Of a stretch of 64,000 nt of DNA, positions 9,815-21,457 are shown in pieces. The DNA lies in contig OZ245015.1 of the NCBI GenBank assembly GCA_965223705.1, positions 3,968,001 to 4,032,000 of the forward strand. The letters run 5' to 3'. Numbering within the stretch: position 1 is the first letter of the stretch; every line of letters starts with the position of its first letter. Origin of the DNA: Myxococcota bacterium. Its GTDB lineage: Bacteria; Myxococcota_A; UBA9160; UBA6930. The notes beneath the pieces are model-generated. The model did no database searches and was not told the origin of the DNA. It saw nothing but the letters and a program-made list of their open reading frames with translations. The position numbers were made by a program, and so were the translations under genes.

Positions 9815-12165
9815 TGGCGGCTAAACCGAGCCTGGTCGGGCAACGCATCAAGCGACGCGAAGACCCGCGACTGGTTCGCGGGCTCGCCACCTACACCGAC
9901 GACGTCAAGCTGCACGGCATGTTGCACGTCGCCTTCGTTCGAAGCGACTACGCGAACGGAACGATCCTGAGTATCGACACCAGCGCGGCAGAAGCGCGCG
10001 ACGGCGTGGTTGCGGTGTTCCGCTACGACGACATGAGAGACGACGTCGGTCGCACCCCCTGCGTTGGGATCATCCCGGGAATGAACGACCTCGAACGCCC
10101 CCTCCTGGCGGACGGCTCGGTCCACTTCGTAGGCGAGCCCATGGTCGCCGTCGTCGCGCGTGATCGGTACGTAGCGCGCGATGCCGCGCTGGATATCGCC
10201 GTCGAGATCGATCCCCTCCCCGCCGTGACGGACATGGAGGAAGCCCTGGCGGCCGATGCCCCCCTGGCTCAGCCCACCCTCGGCACCAATGTGTGCTTCG
10301 ACGTGCCGCTGCAAGAGGATCCCGCTGTGGACACGGCCCTATCGAATTCGGCGGCGCGGGTTTCCCTGCGACTGGTGAATCAACGCGTGGCGCCGGTGCC
10401 CATGGAGGGCCGCGGGGTGATCGCGAATTGGGAAGAGGGGCCCAGGAAGCTCACCGTCTGGACCTCCAGCCAGACGCCCCACGGCGACAAACACCAGATC
10501 TCACGGTGCCTGGGAATCCCGGAGCACCGCTTGCGGGTCATCGTGCCCGAGGTGGGCGGCGGTTTTGGCCAGAAAATCCCCACGCACGCCGAGGACTGCC
10601 TGCTCGGTTGGATTTCGCGAAGGATCGGGAAGCCCGTCAAGTGGGTCGAGACGCGGACGGAAAACCTCTTGAACTCCTCGCACGGGCGCGGCCACGTGGA
10701 GTGGGTCGAGGCGGGTTTCTCGTCGGAAGGTCGATTGCTGGCGTTGAAGGGGCGCACCCTTGCCGATCTCGGCGCCTACCCGTCTTACTTCGGCGCGGCC
10801 ATCCCCACGTTCACCCACCTCTTGGCCCCCGGGCCTTACGCGGTGCCGTCGATCGCCTGGGAGCTCGCCGTGGTGTACACGAACACCACGCCCACGGAGG
10901 CGTATCGAGGCGCCGGGCGCCCGGAAGCCGCGTATCTGATCGAGCGGGTGATGGATGCTGGAGCGGCCGAGCTCGGCCTCGATCGCGTCGAGATCCGCCG
11001 CCGCAATCTCATCCCGAAGGACCAGTTCCCGTACACCAGCCCAACCGGAGCGGTCTACGACAGCGGCGACTACTTGCTCACCTTGGACAAAGCCCTCGAA
11101 CGCTTCGACTATTCGGAGGCCCTCGCGCAACAAGAGCGTGCGCGACAAGAGAGCCGGTTGGTGGGCATCGGCGTCGCGACCTTCACCGAGATTTGCGGGC
11201 TCGGGCCGAGCACCAACCAGGCGGCGGAGTTCCGTTCCGGCATGTGGGAGTCCGCCGAGGTACGGGTCGAGCCAACCGGCGAGGTGGCGGTGATGACCGG
11301 CGCGTCGCCTCACGGACAAGGCCAGGAGACGGCCTTCGCGCAGCTCGTGGCCGACGCGCTCGGCGTCGACATCGACGACGTGTCCGTCATCCACGGCGAC
11401 ACCGATGTCGTGACCGCCGGAGTGGGCACCATGGGGAGCCGGGGGCTCGTCGTGGGCGGCACCGCCGTTTACATGGCTCTCGGCAAGATCGTTTCCAAAG
11501 CGACCCGCATCGCCGCGAACCTGCTCGACACCGTGGAGGCTCAAATCGAGTTCACAGAAGGCGTCTTTCGCACGGTAGGCGGCAGCCGGGAGATGAGCTT
11601 CCAAGACGTGGCGATGGCCGCCCACGTCTGGAACGTCCCCGTCCCCGGGGAAGAGCCGGGGCTCGAGGCCGTGGCGCGTTTCGAACCCACGGGCACGACC
11701 TTCCCTTTTGGGGTTCATCTCTGTCAGGTGAGCGTCGACCCCGAAACCGGTGCCTACACCATCGATCGATTCGTATCCGTCGATGACGTCGGGACCGTCG
11801 TCAACCCGATGCTATGCGACGGGCAGCGGATTGGCGGGATCGTGCAGGGTCTCGGCCAAGCGATGTGTGAAGAGTTCACCTACGACGAGAGCGGTCAGCC
11901 CCGTAACGGCACCCTGATGGACTACGCGATGCCGCGCGCGCACATGTTCCCGCGCATCGAGCTCGACAACACGGTGACGCCATCGCCCCTGAATCCGCTG
12001 GGCGCGAAAGGCGTGGGCGAGCTCGGGACCATCGGCTCGACTCCGTGTCTCGTGAGTGCGCTGATCGACGCACTTCGCCCCGTCGGCGTGACGCATCTCG
12101 ACATGCCGCTGACCCCCCAAAAGGTCTGGGAGGCGATGGACGAGGCGCGAGGGGGCAAGGCATGA
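9814..12165 (+). CDS. coxL: Molybdopterin-binding large subunit, form II CoxL-like
   Basis: VGGGFG, AYRGAGRPE (form II motif), GAKGVGE; gene order S-L-M. Confidence 0.88.
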   Translation: MAAKPSLVGQRIKRREDPRLVRGLATYTDDVKLHGMLHVAFVRSDYANGTILSIDTSAAEARDGVVAVFRYDDMRDDVGRTPCVGIIPGMNDLERPLLADGSVHFVGEPMVAVVARDRYVARDAALDIAVEIDPLPAVTDMEEALAADAPLAQPTLGTNVCFDVPLQEDPAVDTALSNSAARVSLRLVNQRVAPVPMEGRGVIANWEEGPRKLTVWTSSQTPHGDKHQISRCLGIPEHRLRVIVPEVGGGFGQKIPTHAEDCLLGWISRRIGKPVKWVETRTENLLNSSHGRGHVEWVEAGFSSEGRLLALKGRTLADLGAYPSYFGAAIPTFTHLLAPGPYAVPSIAWELAVVYTNTTPTEAYRGAGRPEAAYLIERVMDAGAAELGLDRVEIRRRNLIPKDQFPYTSPTGAVYDSGDYLLTLDKALERFDYSEALAQQERARQESRLVGIGVATFTEICGLGPSTNQAAEFRSGMWESAEVRVEPTGEVAVMTGASPHGQGQETAFAQLVADALGVDIDDVSVIHGDTDVVTAGVGTMGSRGLVVGGTAVYMALGKIVSKATRIAANLLDTVEAQIEFTEGVFRTVGGSREMSFQDVAMAAHVWNVPVPGEEPGLEAVARFEPTGTTFPFGVHLCQVSVDPETGAYTIDRFVSVDDVGTVVNPMLCDGQRIGGIVQGLGQAMCEEFTYDESGQPRNGTLMDYAMPRAHMFPRIELDNTVTPSPLNPLGAKGVGELGTIGSTPCLVSALIDALRPVGVTHLDMPLTPQKVWEAMDEARGGKA

Positions 12166-13031
12166 TTTCCGAACCCTTCGACTACACCACGCCGACGACC
12201 CTCGACGAGGCCCGCGCCAAACTCGCGGAGGTCGACGGTGCGAAGATCCTCGCCGGAGGCATGAGCCTTATTCCGGCCATGAAGCATCGCCTGGCGAGAC
12301 CGCCCCTGCTCATCGATCTGCGTCGGGTCCCCGGCCTCGGCGACATCGAGTCTCGCCGGGGTCGCGTCCGGATCGGTGCGCGCGTGACCCACGCGTCGCT
12401 CTCGAAGGATCCCCTCCTCGAACCGCACCCGATTTTTCGGGAGGTGGCCCACGTGATCGGCGATCGCCAGGTCCAAGCGCGGGGCACGCTCGGTGGAAGT
12501 TTGGTGCACGCCGACCCGGCAGCAGATTGGCCGGCGGCGTTCCTCGCACTCGACGGCGAGGCGACGGTCGCTTCCGCGGGTGGGGAGCGACAGATCGCTG
12601 CCGACGACTTCTTCCTCGGCATGATGACGAGCGCTCTCGAAAGCGACGAGATCCTGACGTCGCTTTCCTTCACCCTCGAGACGAAACGCGCGGGGGCCGC
12701 TTATCTGAAGGTTCGCCACGCGGCGTCGGGCTTCGCCGTTGTCGGCGTGGCGGTCCAGGTGACGACGGATCGCAAGGGCCGCTGCGACCGGGTATCGATC
12801 GGCATCACGGGCGTGAACCCTGTTCCATTCCGCGCGCGCAGCTTGGAAGCACAGCTCGCGGGTCAGACCCTGAGCTCCGAGGTCTTGCGTGAGGCTTGCG
12901 GTCGGATCGACGAGGCCGATCCGATGGAAGACCCGGGTGCTTCCGCTCGCTATCGGGCCCGTCTCCTCGAGGTATACGCAGCCCGCACCCTCGAACGCGC
13001 CTACGCGCGCAGTCGCGGGACAACACGCTAG
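12162..13031 (+). CDS. coxM: CoxM-like FAD-binding subunit
   Basis: ATGA overlap with the coxL stop; KILAGGMSLIP, GTLGGSLVHADPAAD. Confidence 0.9.
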   Translation: MISEPFDYTTPTTLDEARAKLAEVDGAKILAGGMSLIPAMKHRLARPPLLIDLRRVPGLGDIESRRGRVRIGARVTHASLSKDPLLEPHPIFREVAHVIGDRQVQARGTLGGSLVHADPAADWPAAFLALDGEATVASAGGERQIAADDFFLGMMTSALESDEILTSLSFTLETKRAGAAYLKVRHAASGFAVVGVAVQVTTDRKGRCDRVSIGITGVNPVPFRARSLEAQLAGQTLSSEVLREACGRIDEADPMEDPGASARYRARLLEVYAARTLERAYARSRGTTR

Positions 13032-13040
13032 CCTCGCACC

Positions 13041-13565
13041 ATGTCGTGGCGGAAGTGGCTCGGACTCGAGAAAGACGGCAGTAGCGCGAATCGCGACACG
13101 GCCAGTGTGCGCGAGATCGCGCGCCAACTCGAGGCGCTACCCGAGGAGCAAGCGCGCTTTCTCGCCGCGTTCGCCTACGTCCTCGCGCGCGTCGCGCACG
13201 CCGATCTGCAATTCGATGAGTCGGAGATCGCCGAGATGGAGCGCGCGGTGAGCGGGCTCTCGGAACTCAGCGAGGCCGAGTGCACACTGGTCGTCACGAT
13301 CGCGAAGTCTCAGACGACCCTTTTCGGCAGCACGGAGAACTACGTGGTGACGCGTCAGTTCCGCGAGCTGTCGACGCCAGCCGAGCGAGCGAAGCTCCTC
13401 GATCGACTCTTCCAGGTCGCTGCGGCGGACGGGCGCATTTCGCCGGAGGAAAGTGCGGAAATCTACGCCATCGGGGATGAGCTCGGTTTCAAGCGCAGCG
13501 AAGTGAACGCCGTTCGGTCCCGCTACCGCGAAAAGCTCTCGGAATTTCAGACGAAATCCTCTTAG
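13041..13565 (+). CDS. TerB-family protein
   Basis: Two repeats of the TerB-type motif: VAHADLQFDESE and VAAADGRISPEE. Confidence 0.8.
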   Translation: MSWRKWLGLEKDGSSANRDTASVREIARQLEALPEEQARFLAAFAYVLARVAHADLQFDESEIAEMERAVSGLSELSEAECTLVVTIAKSQTTLFGSTENYVVTRQFRELSTPAERAKLLDRLFQVAAADGRISPEESAEIYAIGDELGFKRSEVNAVRSRYREKLSEFQTKSS

Positions 13566-14200
13566 GCCTCGCCTGCCAGGAGGCCTTCGGCCTCCCGCGC
13601 GTTCGCGCGCGGTGCGGTCCGCAGAAACTCGCGCACCACGTGGGAGAAGATCTCGGGTTGATCGAGGTACACGGCGTCCCCGGCCTCTTCGATTTCGTAG
13701 AGAGACGCCTTCGGTAGCTGCGTGGCCCACGCACGGAACGCGTCTCGCGCCGCGAGATCCTTGGCGCCCACGACCAGGAGGGTGGAAACCCGGATCGAGT
13801 GGAGCTCTCCGAGCGGCTCCGAAATCGCGCCGACCAGGATCTGAGACGCGACACGATCGGGGTGTGCCGACGCGGCGGACAACGTGAGTCGTGCTCCAAA
13901 CCCGTGCCCGAGCCAGTGAGCGCTCTCGTAACCGAACGCGTCGAGGACAGCGAGCGCGTCTTCGATGAACGCTTCGAACGCGTACGCGTCGCGGTTGCTG
14001 GGCGCTGACGACCGACCATGGCCGAGCATGTCCCACGAGATGACCTCGAACCCGCGCTCGAACTGCTGGACGATCGGCATCATCGCTCGAGCGCTTTCCG
14101 TTTCGTCGTGGAGGAGAAAGAGCGGAGCACCGGTGCCGCGGGATTCCGCGTAGAGGCGTCGCTCCGGGCCGCGCGAGACGAACCGATGCAGCCGGCTCAC
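13562..14200 (-). CDS. MenH-like alpha/beta-hydrolase fold protein, catalytic residues altered
   Basis: DMLGHGRS; nucleophile elbow reads GHGFG (no Ser); EAGDAVYLDQP has Asp at the usual His position; short, cap domain apparently absent. Confidence 0.7.
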   Translation of the reverse strand: MSRLHRFVSRGPERRLYAESRGTGAPLFLLHDETESARAMMPIVQQFERGFEVISWDMLGHGRSSAPSNRDAYAFEAFIEDALAVLDAFGYESAHWLGHGFGARLTLSAASAHPDRVASQILVGAISEPLGELHSIRVSTLLVVGAKDLAARDAFRAWATQLPKASLYEIEEAGDAVYLDQPEIFSHVVREFLRTAPRANAREAEGLLAGEA

Positions 14201-14904
14201 GTGCGGTCCAGCTTTTTGCGGCGCGCGAGTAGGATCTGCGCTGTGCCGAGGAGCAGTCGCTCGCGCCGCACGTTCTCGAAGCCCGCGCTTTCGAGTTTCT
14301 CTTGTAGTTCATCGGGCGGCGGCAGGTACGCGGTCGAACGCGGCAGGTAGCCGTAAGCGTCGCGATCCGAGAGCAAGGCGCCGATCCGCGGAACGATGCG
14401 GTCGAAGTAGAGCCCGTGGGCCAGCGCGATCCAGGTGCTTTCCGGCCGATCGACTTCGAGAATCGCGAGCCGGCCCTCGGGCTCGAGAACCCGCGCCATT
14501 TCGTGAAGAACCGCGTCGAGATCGACGAAGTTGCGCAGCGCGAAACCGCAAGTGACGACCGTCACGCCACCGTCGGCGACCGGGAGACGGGCGGCGTCCG
14601 AGCAAACCAACCCGTCGGCGACGCCGCGCTCCGATGCGCCGCGGAGCATTTCCCGCGCGAAGTCGAGTCCGACAACGAAGGCGCCCCGTCGTCGCGCGAT
14701 CTCCGCGAGATCTCCGGTCCCGCACGCGACGTCGAGGACGCGGTCTCCGGCGCCCACCCGGGCGTCGCCGAGCAACCGGCGACGCCAGCGCTGGTCGAGC
14801 CCTCCGGTGAGGAGGCGATTCATCAAGTCGTAGCGAGGCGCGATCCGATCGAACATCGCGCGGACCGCCGTCCACTTCTCTTCGCCGACGGGAAGCGGAT
14901 CCAC
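14197..14904 (-). CDS. menG: Demethylmenaquinone/ubiquinone methyltransferase (MenG/UbiE)
   Basis: MFDRIAPRYDLMNRLLT, VLDVACGTGD, GFALRN, AYGYLPRS. Confidence 0.88.
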   Translation of the reverse strand: MDPLPVGEEKWTAVRAMFDRIAPRYDLMNRLLTGGLDQRWRRRLLGDARVGAGDRVLDVACGTGDLAEIARRRGAFVVGLDFAREMLRGASERGVADGLVCSDAARLPVADGGVTVVTCGFALRNFVDLDAVLHEMARVLEPEGRLAILEVDRPESTWIALAHGLYFDRIVPRIGALLSDRDAYGYLPRSTAYLPPPDELQEKLESAGFENVRRERLLLGTAQILLARRKKLDRT

Positions 14905-14917
14905 GTGGGTCCTTTAC

Positions 14918-15607
14918 CTAACCGCGGGCGAGGAGCAGCGTCTTGGGATCCAAGTGGACGTGCAGCGCGGAAGTGTCGGGGTTGTCGTGATCTTTCAGGC
15001 AGCGAAGACCGACGGTCTCGGTGCCGGGCACGAGTGAGAGGACCACTTCGATCAAGTCGATGTGATCGCGCAGCGAATCCGGGATCGTGTCCGTCCCCTC
15101 CCCCGGCACCGCATGAGAGAACCACAGTTCGCCGCCAAACTCGGAGGCGATCTCGCTAAACGCTTTCACGTCGTCGCGCGACACTTCATCGAAATCGCAA
15201 CCCTCGACGACGACGAGTTCCGGCGTACCGGCGCCCTCTTGCTCGAGCGCGATGGCCTCGCGAAGTCGGTCGGGACCGAAGCCCTCGGCGGAGTAGGCGC
15301 GAATCGTGCGCAAGCGGTCGACATCGGCGTGGACCCGCGCCTCATCCTCCAAATGGGTGCTGCTCGCGAGGTCTTCGAACACCGTGTCGTAATAAGCCCG
15401 CACATGGGAGACGGTCTGATCGAGACTCACGTGGAGCACGCGGCCGCCGCGGAGCAGATCGTCGAGCGCGACGCTGACCAGAAACGCTGTTTTACCGGTT
15501 CCGTGCCCCGCGAGTACGAGGCCCACGTTGCCGGCACCGAGCCCGCCGTGAAGCCCTTTCTCGAGCAAGCGGAGCGGACTTCGGGCGTTCAAGAATTTTC
15601 GGTACAA
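14918..15607 (-). CDS. RecA/KaiC/DnaB-fold P-loop ATPase of unknown function
   Basis: GGLGAGNVGLVLAGHGTGKT Walker A, VLHVSLD, Walker B-like VVVEG; TTG start. Confidence 0.75.
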   Translation of the reverse strand: MYRKFLNARSPLRLLEKGLHGGLGAGNVGLVLAGHGTGKTAFLVSVALDDLLRGGRVLHVSLDQTVSHVRAYYDTVFEDLASSTHLEDEARVHADVDRLRTIRAYSAEGFGPDRLREAIALEQEGAGTPELVVVEGCDFDEVSRDDVKAFSEIASEFGGELWFSHAVPGEGTDTIPDSLRDHIDLIEVVLSLVPGTETVGLRCLKDHDNPDTSALHVHLDPKTLLLARG

Positions 15608-15722
15608 AGGGACCTCCGGAATGCATCACCCGCAGATGGACGTAGCCCTAGCGTGCGCGCAACCGGCGCAGGGCGCAAGTCCGGCGTGTCGGGCGGCCGC
15701 CTCGCGGCCGCAGCGCTACCGC

Positions 15723-17813
<2,091 letters not shown>

Positions 17814-17931
17814 GACGGCCCCGTCCCCGCGATAGTTCTACGCATGGAGAGGCGCCCATCGCCTCCCCTTCCCAAGGTGCGTAAAGGGAGTGCCTTTTCG
17901 GCCTACTCCGGTGACGCCCCATCGATCCGAA

Positions 17932-18039
17932 CCGCAATCTGCGGTTCGGGTTCCCCTTCCGACCGACCCGCAAAGTGCGATTCGCGTTCCCCTTCCGACC
18001 GACCCGCAAAGTGCGATTCGGGTTCCCCTTCCGACGATT
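17932..18039. repeat. Three head-to-tail copies of a 36-bp unit (ccgcaaagtgcgattcgggttccccttccgaccgac)
   Basis: Copies start at 17932, 17968 and 18004 with no spacers. The first overlaps a perfect 10-bp hairpin CCGAACCGCA-ATC-TGCGGTTCGG (17927-17949). Confidence 0.9.
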
Positions 18040-18217
18040 GATCACAGGGATCCGTTCGACCGGATCGAACGATCGGGTCGGCGCTATCAGGCGAGCGACT
18101 CCGAGCTCTCGGGGAAACGGAAACCGGTTTCGGCAAAACGCAGGTTTCCGTTGAGTGTCGGGACGATAGATGCTTCTCGAAGATCGGCAAGCACCCGATT
18201 CAAACGGATCGGTGACG

Positions 18218-19141
18218 TTAAGCCAGGATATCCCCAGGGGAAATCGAAGATTCCGCGGCGGCAACTTTCTTCGCGTCGCCGACCCGGAGCTTGGCGAGCC
18301 GCAAGCTCCCCCCGTTCGCCGAGACGAGTGCCCCCGCGGGGGAGACTTCCACCACCGTTCCTGCCTTGGTTCCCGCTTGCGCTGGCTCAAGTGAGGCACC
18401 GAAGCAGCGGACGGGCTCCGACCCGAGCTCCGCCCAGGCGCCCGGCTGGGGATCGCATCCGCGAATCAGCCGATCGAGCTCTTCTGCGGGGCGGCCCCAA
18501 TCGATGCGCGCTTCGGCGTCGCCGATCAGGCCTTGGTGTGACGCGCCCTCTTCGGTTTGAGGCACGAACGAAGCGGTCCCCGCCGCGATCGCGTCGACGG
18601 CTTCGGCCATCGCGTCGACGCCCAGCGGATACAGCTTGTCGAAGTAGAGGCTCGCGGCATTGTCCGTCGGCGCGATCGGCACGCCCGCCTTCTGCACCAC
18701 GATCGGGCCGGTATCGACGCCGTCGTCGGGGCGGAACACCGTGACGCCGGCCTCGGGAGCCCCGAGGATGATCTGCCAGGGAATCGCCGCGCCGCCCCGG
18801 TAGGCCGGGAGCACAGAAGGATGGAAGCAAATCGAGCGCTCGCGCGGCGCATCGAGGATTTCGAGGGGCAGGATCGCCGTGACGTACGCGAGGACGTTGA
18901 GATCCGCCCCTAACTCCGCATGCTGTTTCACGAGCTCGGGAATCGCCTCGCCCTTCCGGCGGAAGCGCTTATAACGATATAGGGGGAGCGAGCGCTCACT
19001 GGCCTCCTCGGCCAGCGGGTCCGGGCGCCCGCCTTCCGGGGGTGCGTAGACGCCGACAACCTCGTGCCCGGCCTCCAGCAGGCGGACCAGCACGTCTTTG
19101 CCAAAAGCGGCCTGACCGAAAACCGCGACGCGGAGCGGCAC
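18218..19141 (-). CDS. Formyltransferase-family protein (Fmt-like; resembles the ALDH1L1 10-formyl-THF hydrolase domain)
   Basis: GQAAFG, DPLAEEA, ADLNVL, FHPSVLPAYRGG, DDGVDTGP, ARIDW, IRGCDPQPGAW; GTG 19141 lies just after the infA stop. Confidence 0.85.
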   Translation of the reverse strand: MPLRVAVFGQAAFGKDVLVRLLEAGHEVVGVYAPPEGGRPDPLAEEASERSLPLYRYKRFRRKGEAIPELVKQHAELGADLNVLAYVTAILPLEILDAPRERSICFHPSVLPAYRGGAAIPWQIILGAPEAGVTVFRPDDGVDTGPIVVQKAGVPIAPTDNAASLYFDKLYPLGVDAMAEAVDAIAAGTASFVPQTEEGASHQGLIGDAEARIDWGRPAEELDRLIRGCDPQPGAWAELGSEPVRCFGASLEPAQAGTKAGTVVEVSPAGALVSANGGSLRLAKLRVGDAKKVAAAESSISPGDILA

Positions 19142-19142
19142 G

Positions 19143-19385
19143 CTAGCGACTGGGCGGCTGCTCACCTTCGCGCAGACGGAAGGTGATGAAGCCGTGGGTG
19201 GGATCGTAGGGAGAGACGCCGACCTGAACGCGGTCGCCCGGGATGACCCGGATGCGGAAACGGCGCATGCGACCCGACAGCTGTGCGGTGATGGTCTGCC
19301 CGGTATCGAGCTCGATTTGGTAGCGACCGCCGCCGAGAATCTTTTCGACCTGCCCGGTCGTTTGAATGAGATCGTCTCTAGCCAC
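19143..19385 (-). CDS. infA: Translation initiation factor IF-1
   Basis: LSGRMRRFRIRVIPGDRVQVGVSPYDPTHGFITFR. Confidence 0.92.
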   Translation of the reverse strand: MARDDLIQTTGQVEKILGGGRYQIELDTGQTITAQLSGRMRRFRIRVIPGDRVQVGVSPYDPTHGFITFRLREGEQPPSR

Positions 19386-19438
19386 GGTTGTAAGGTAGCT
19401 TACGCGCCTTTTTCGATCGAGCGCGTGCGAGGGGAATC

Positions 19439-21352
19439 ATGAGCGATCCGATCCGCGAGAGTGATGAGGTCATTGCGCGATACCTCCGGGAAGCGAACGC
19501 GCCGACCTTGTTGATGAGCCTGGTGCACCTGACGGGGAGCACCGACGTCCTGCGGCCCGCGTTCCAACCCACGACCGCAACCTTTGGCGACGATCAAGGC
19601 GGCCTCGATGAGGCGACCCGCGCGGCGATCGCACGCGTCGCTGGCGACGCGCTGCGCGCCTACCGAGACCGGGGCTGCACACTTCCGGCGGCCCCAAGTG
19701 ATGAGACGCTCCTCGAGATGATGAAATTCATTACCGGCGGCGCCGACGTAGACGAGTACGTACCGCTCCTCCTCGAAGAAATGGGCCTCGGAGATCAGCG
19801 CGCGCGCGGCCTGCGCTTCACCGGCGACACGCCGCCCGAAGCGCGGGCCTCGTTTCGCGTGGGAATCATCGGCGCCGGCATGTCGGGCCTTCTCGCGGCG
19901 ATCCGCCTGCAAGAAGCCGGGATCCCCTTCGTCATCTTCGAGAAGAACGCCGATGTCGGCGGCACCTGGCTCGAGAACCAGTACCCGGGCTGCCGCGTGG
20001 ACGTGCCGAACCACTACTACTCCTATTCCTTTGAGTCGGAGCACGAATGGCCGCAGTACTTCTCCACCCAAGACGAGCTGCTCGCGTATTTCCAGGGCTG
20101 CGCCGAGAAGTACGGCCTGCGGCAACACATCCGCTTCGAAACCGAGGTCCGGTCCGCGCGCTGGGATCGCGAAGCAGCGCGGTGGAACGTGACGTTCGAG
20201 GGCCCGGAAGAGAAGACCGAAACGCTTGCGGTGAACGCGCTCGTCTCAGCGGTCGGTCAGCTCAACCGCCCGAAGTTCCCGGACATACCGGGGCGCGATC
20301 GCTTCCGCGGCGAAGCCTTCCACTCGGCCGAGTGGCGCCACGACGTCGACTTGCGAGGCAAGCGCGTCGCCGTGATCGGGACCGGCGCGAGTGCGTTTCA
20401 GTTCGTCCCGGAGATCGTCGACGATGCCTCGCACATCACAATCTTTCAGCGAAGCGCTCCCTGGATGTTTCCCACGGACAACTACCACGACCACGTCGGC
20501 GAGGGCGAGCGCTGGCTGATGCGCAAGGTGCCGTTCTACGCAGCGTGGTACCGCTTCTGGTTGTTCTGGACCTTGTCCGACGGGCTGCTGCCGGTGCTCA
20601 CGGTCGACCCCGACTGGCCGCACCTCGACCGATCCGCCTGCGCAGAGAATGATGAGCTGCGCAACCTGTTGATCGATTACCTGAAGACGCAGATCGAAGA
20701 CGATCCCGAGCTTCTCGAGAAATCGATCCCGAGCTATCCGATCGGCGGAAAGCGCATGTTGCGCGACAACGGCAGTTGGCTGAGAGCACTGCAGCGGGAC
20801 AACGTCGACCTCGTCGCGAACCCCGTCGTCGAGATCACGGAAGACGGCCCGGCCACGAAAGACGGCGCCTCCCCCGCCGACGTCATCATCTACGGAACCG
20901 GGTTCAGAGCGAATGATTTCATGTGGCCCATGGAAGTCGTCGGCGAATCGGGCGTACCGCTCAACGAGCAATGGAAAGACGATCCCCGGGCCTACATCGG
21001 CATCACCGTGCCCGACTTCCCGAACTTGTTCTGCCTGTACGGACCGAACACGAACCTCGTCCACGGCGGCAGCATCATCTTCCACTCAGAATGCCAAGTG
21101 CGCTACGTGATGGGTTGTATCGGACTACTGCTCGAAGGCCAGCACGATTCTCTCACGCCGAAGCGCGACGTCTACGAAGCGTTCAACCGCGACGTCGATG
21201 AAGCGAACGCTCAGCGCACCTGGGGCATGCCCGGAATTCAGAGCTGGTACCGCAACAGCAAGGGCCGCGTGACCCAGAACTGGCCGTGGCGCCTCGTCGA
21301 CTTCTGGTCGAGAACACGAGCGCCGAACCCCGATGATTTTGATTTCGCGTAG
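19439..21352 (+). CDS. Baeyer-Villiger monooxygenase (4-hydroxyacetophenone monooxygenase-like, N-terminal extension)
   Basis: GAGMSG, GGTWLENQYPGCRVD, FRGEAFHSAEW fingerprint, GTGASA. Confidence 0.9.
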   Translation: MSDPIRESDEVIARYLREANAPTLLMSLVHLTGSTDVLRPAFQPTTATFGDDQGGLDEATRAAIARVAGDALRAYRDRGCTLPAAPSDETLLEMMKFITGGADVDEYVPLLLEEMGLGDQRARGLRFTGDTPPEARASFRVGIIGAGMSGLLAAIRLQEAGIPFVIFEKNADVGGTWLENQYPGCRVDVPNHYYSYSFESEHEWPQYFSTQDELLAYFQGCAEKYGLRQHIRFETEVRSARWDREAARWNVTFEGPEEKTETLAVNALVSAVGQLNRPKFPDIPGRDRFRGEAFHSAEWRHDVDLRGKRVAVIGTGASAFQFVPEIVDDASHITIFQRSAPWMFPTDNYHDHVGEGERWLMRKVPFYAAWYRFWLFWTLSDGLLPVLTVDPDWPHLDRSACAENDELRNLLIDYLKTQIEDDPELLEKSIPSYPIGGKRMLRDNGSWLRALQRDNVDLVANPVVEITEDGPATKDGASPADVIIYGTGFRANDFMWPMEVVGESGVPLNEQWKDDPRAYIGITVPDFPNLFCLYGPNTNLVHGGSIIFHSECQVRYVMGCIGLLLEGQHDSLTPKRDVYEAFNRDVDEANAQRTWGMPGIQSWYRNSKGRVTQNWPWRLVDFWSRTRAPNPDDFDFA

Positions 21353-21420
21353 CGCAGGAGCCGGTGATGCATCCCGCCAATGCGACCGCTCCGCTCGCGT
21401 CTTAAGAGCCCCTCGAGGGC

Positions 21421-21453
21421 TGAGGGTGACCGGAGCGTCTCCGGCCACCCTCA
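21421..21453. terminator. GC-rich hairpin between the convergent BVMO and SEC-C genes
   Basis: tgagggtgaccggag-cgt-ctccggccaccctca: 15-bp stem with one mismatch, 4 nt beyond the recoded stop at 21458. Confidence 0.6.
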
Positions 21454-21457
21454 ACAG

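Noticed and set aside
9814..12165. Bona fide form I CO dehydrogenase
   Set aside because: The active-site loop is AYRGAGR rather than AYxCSFR, and the gene order is S-L-M.
17932..18039. 36-bp repeats as a CRISPR array
   Set aside because: The units are directly adjacent with no unique spacers, and there are no cas genes in the window.
17890..18744. ORF with PTDPQSAIRVPL peptide repeats
   Set aside because: It is simply the translation of the DNA repeat; the rest is Arg/Pro-rich and antisense to the formyltransferase gene.
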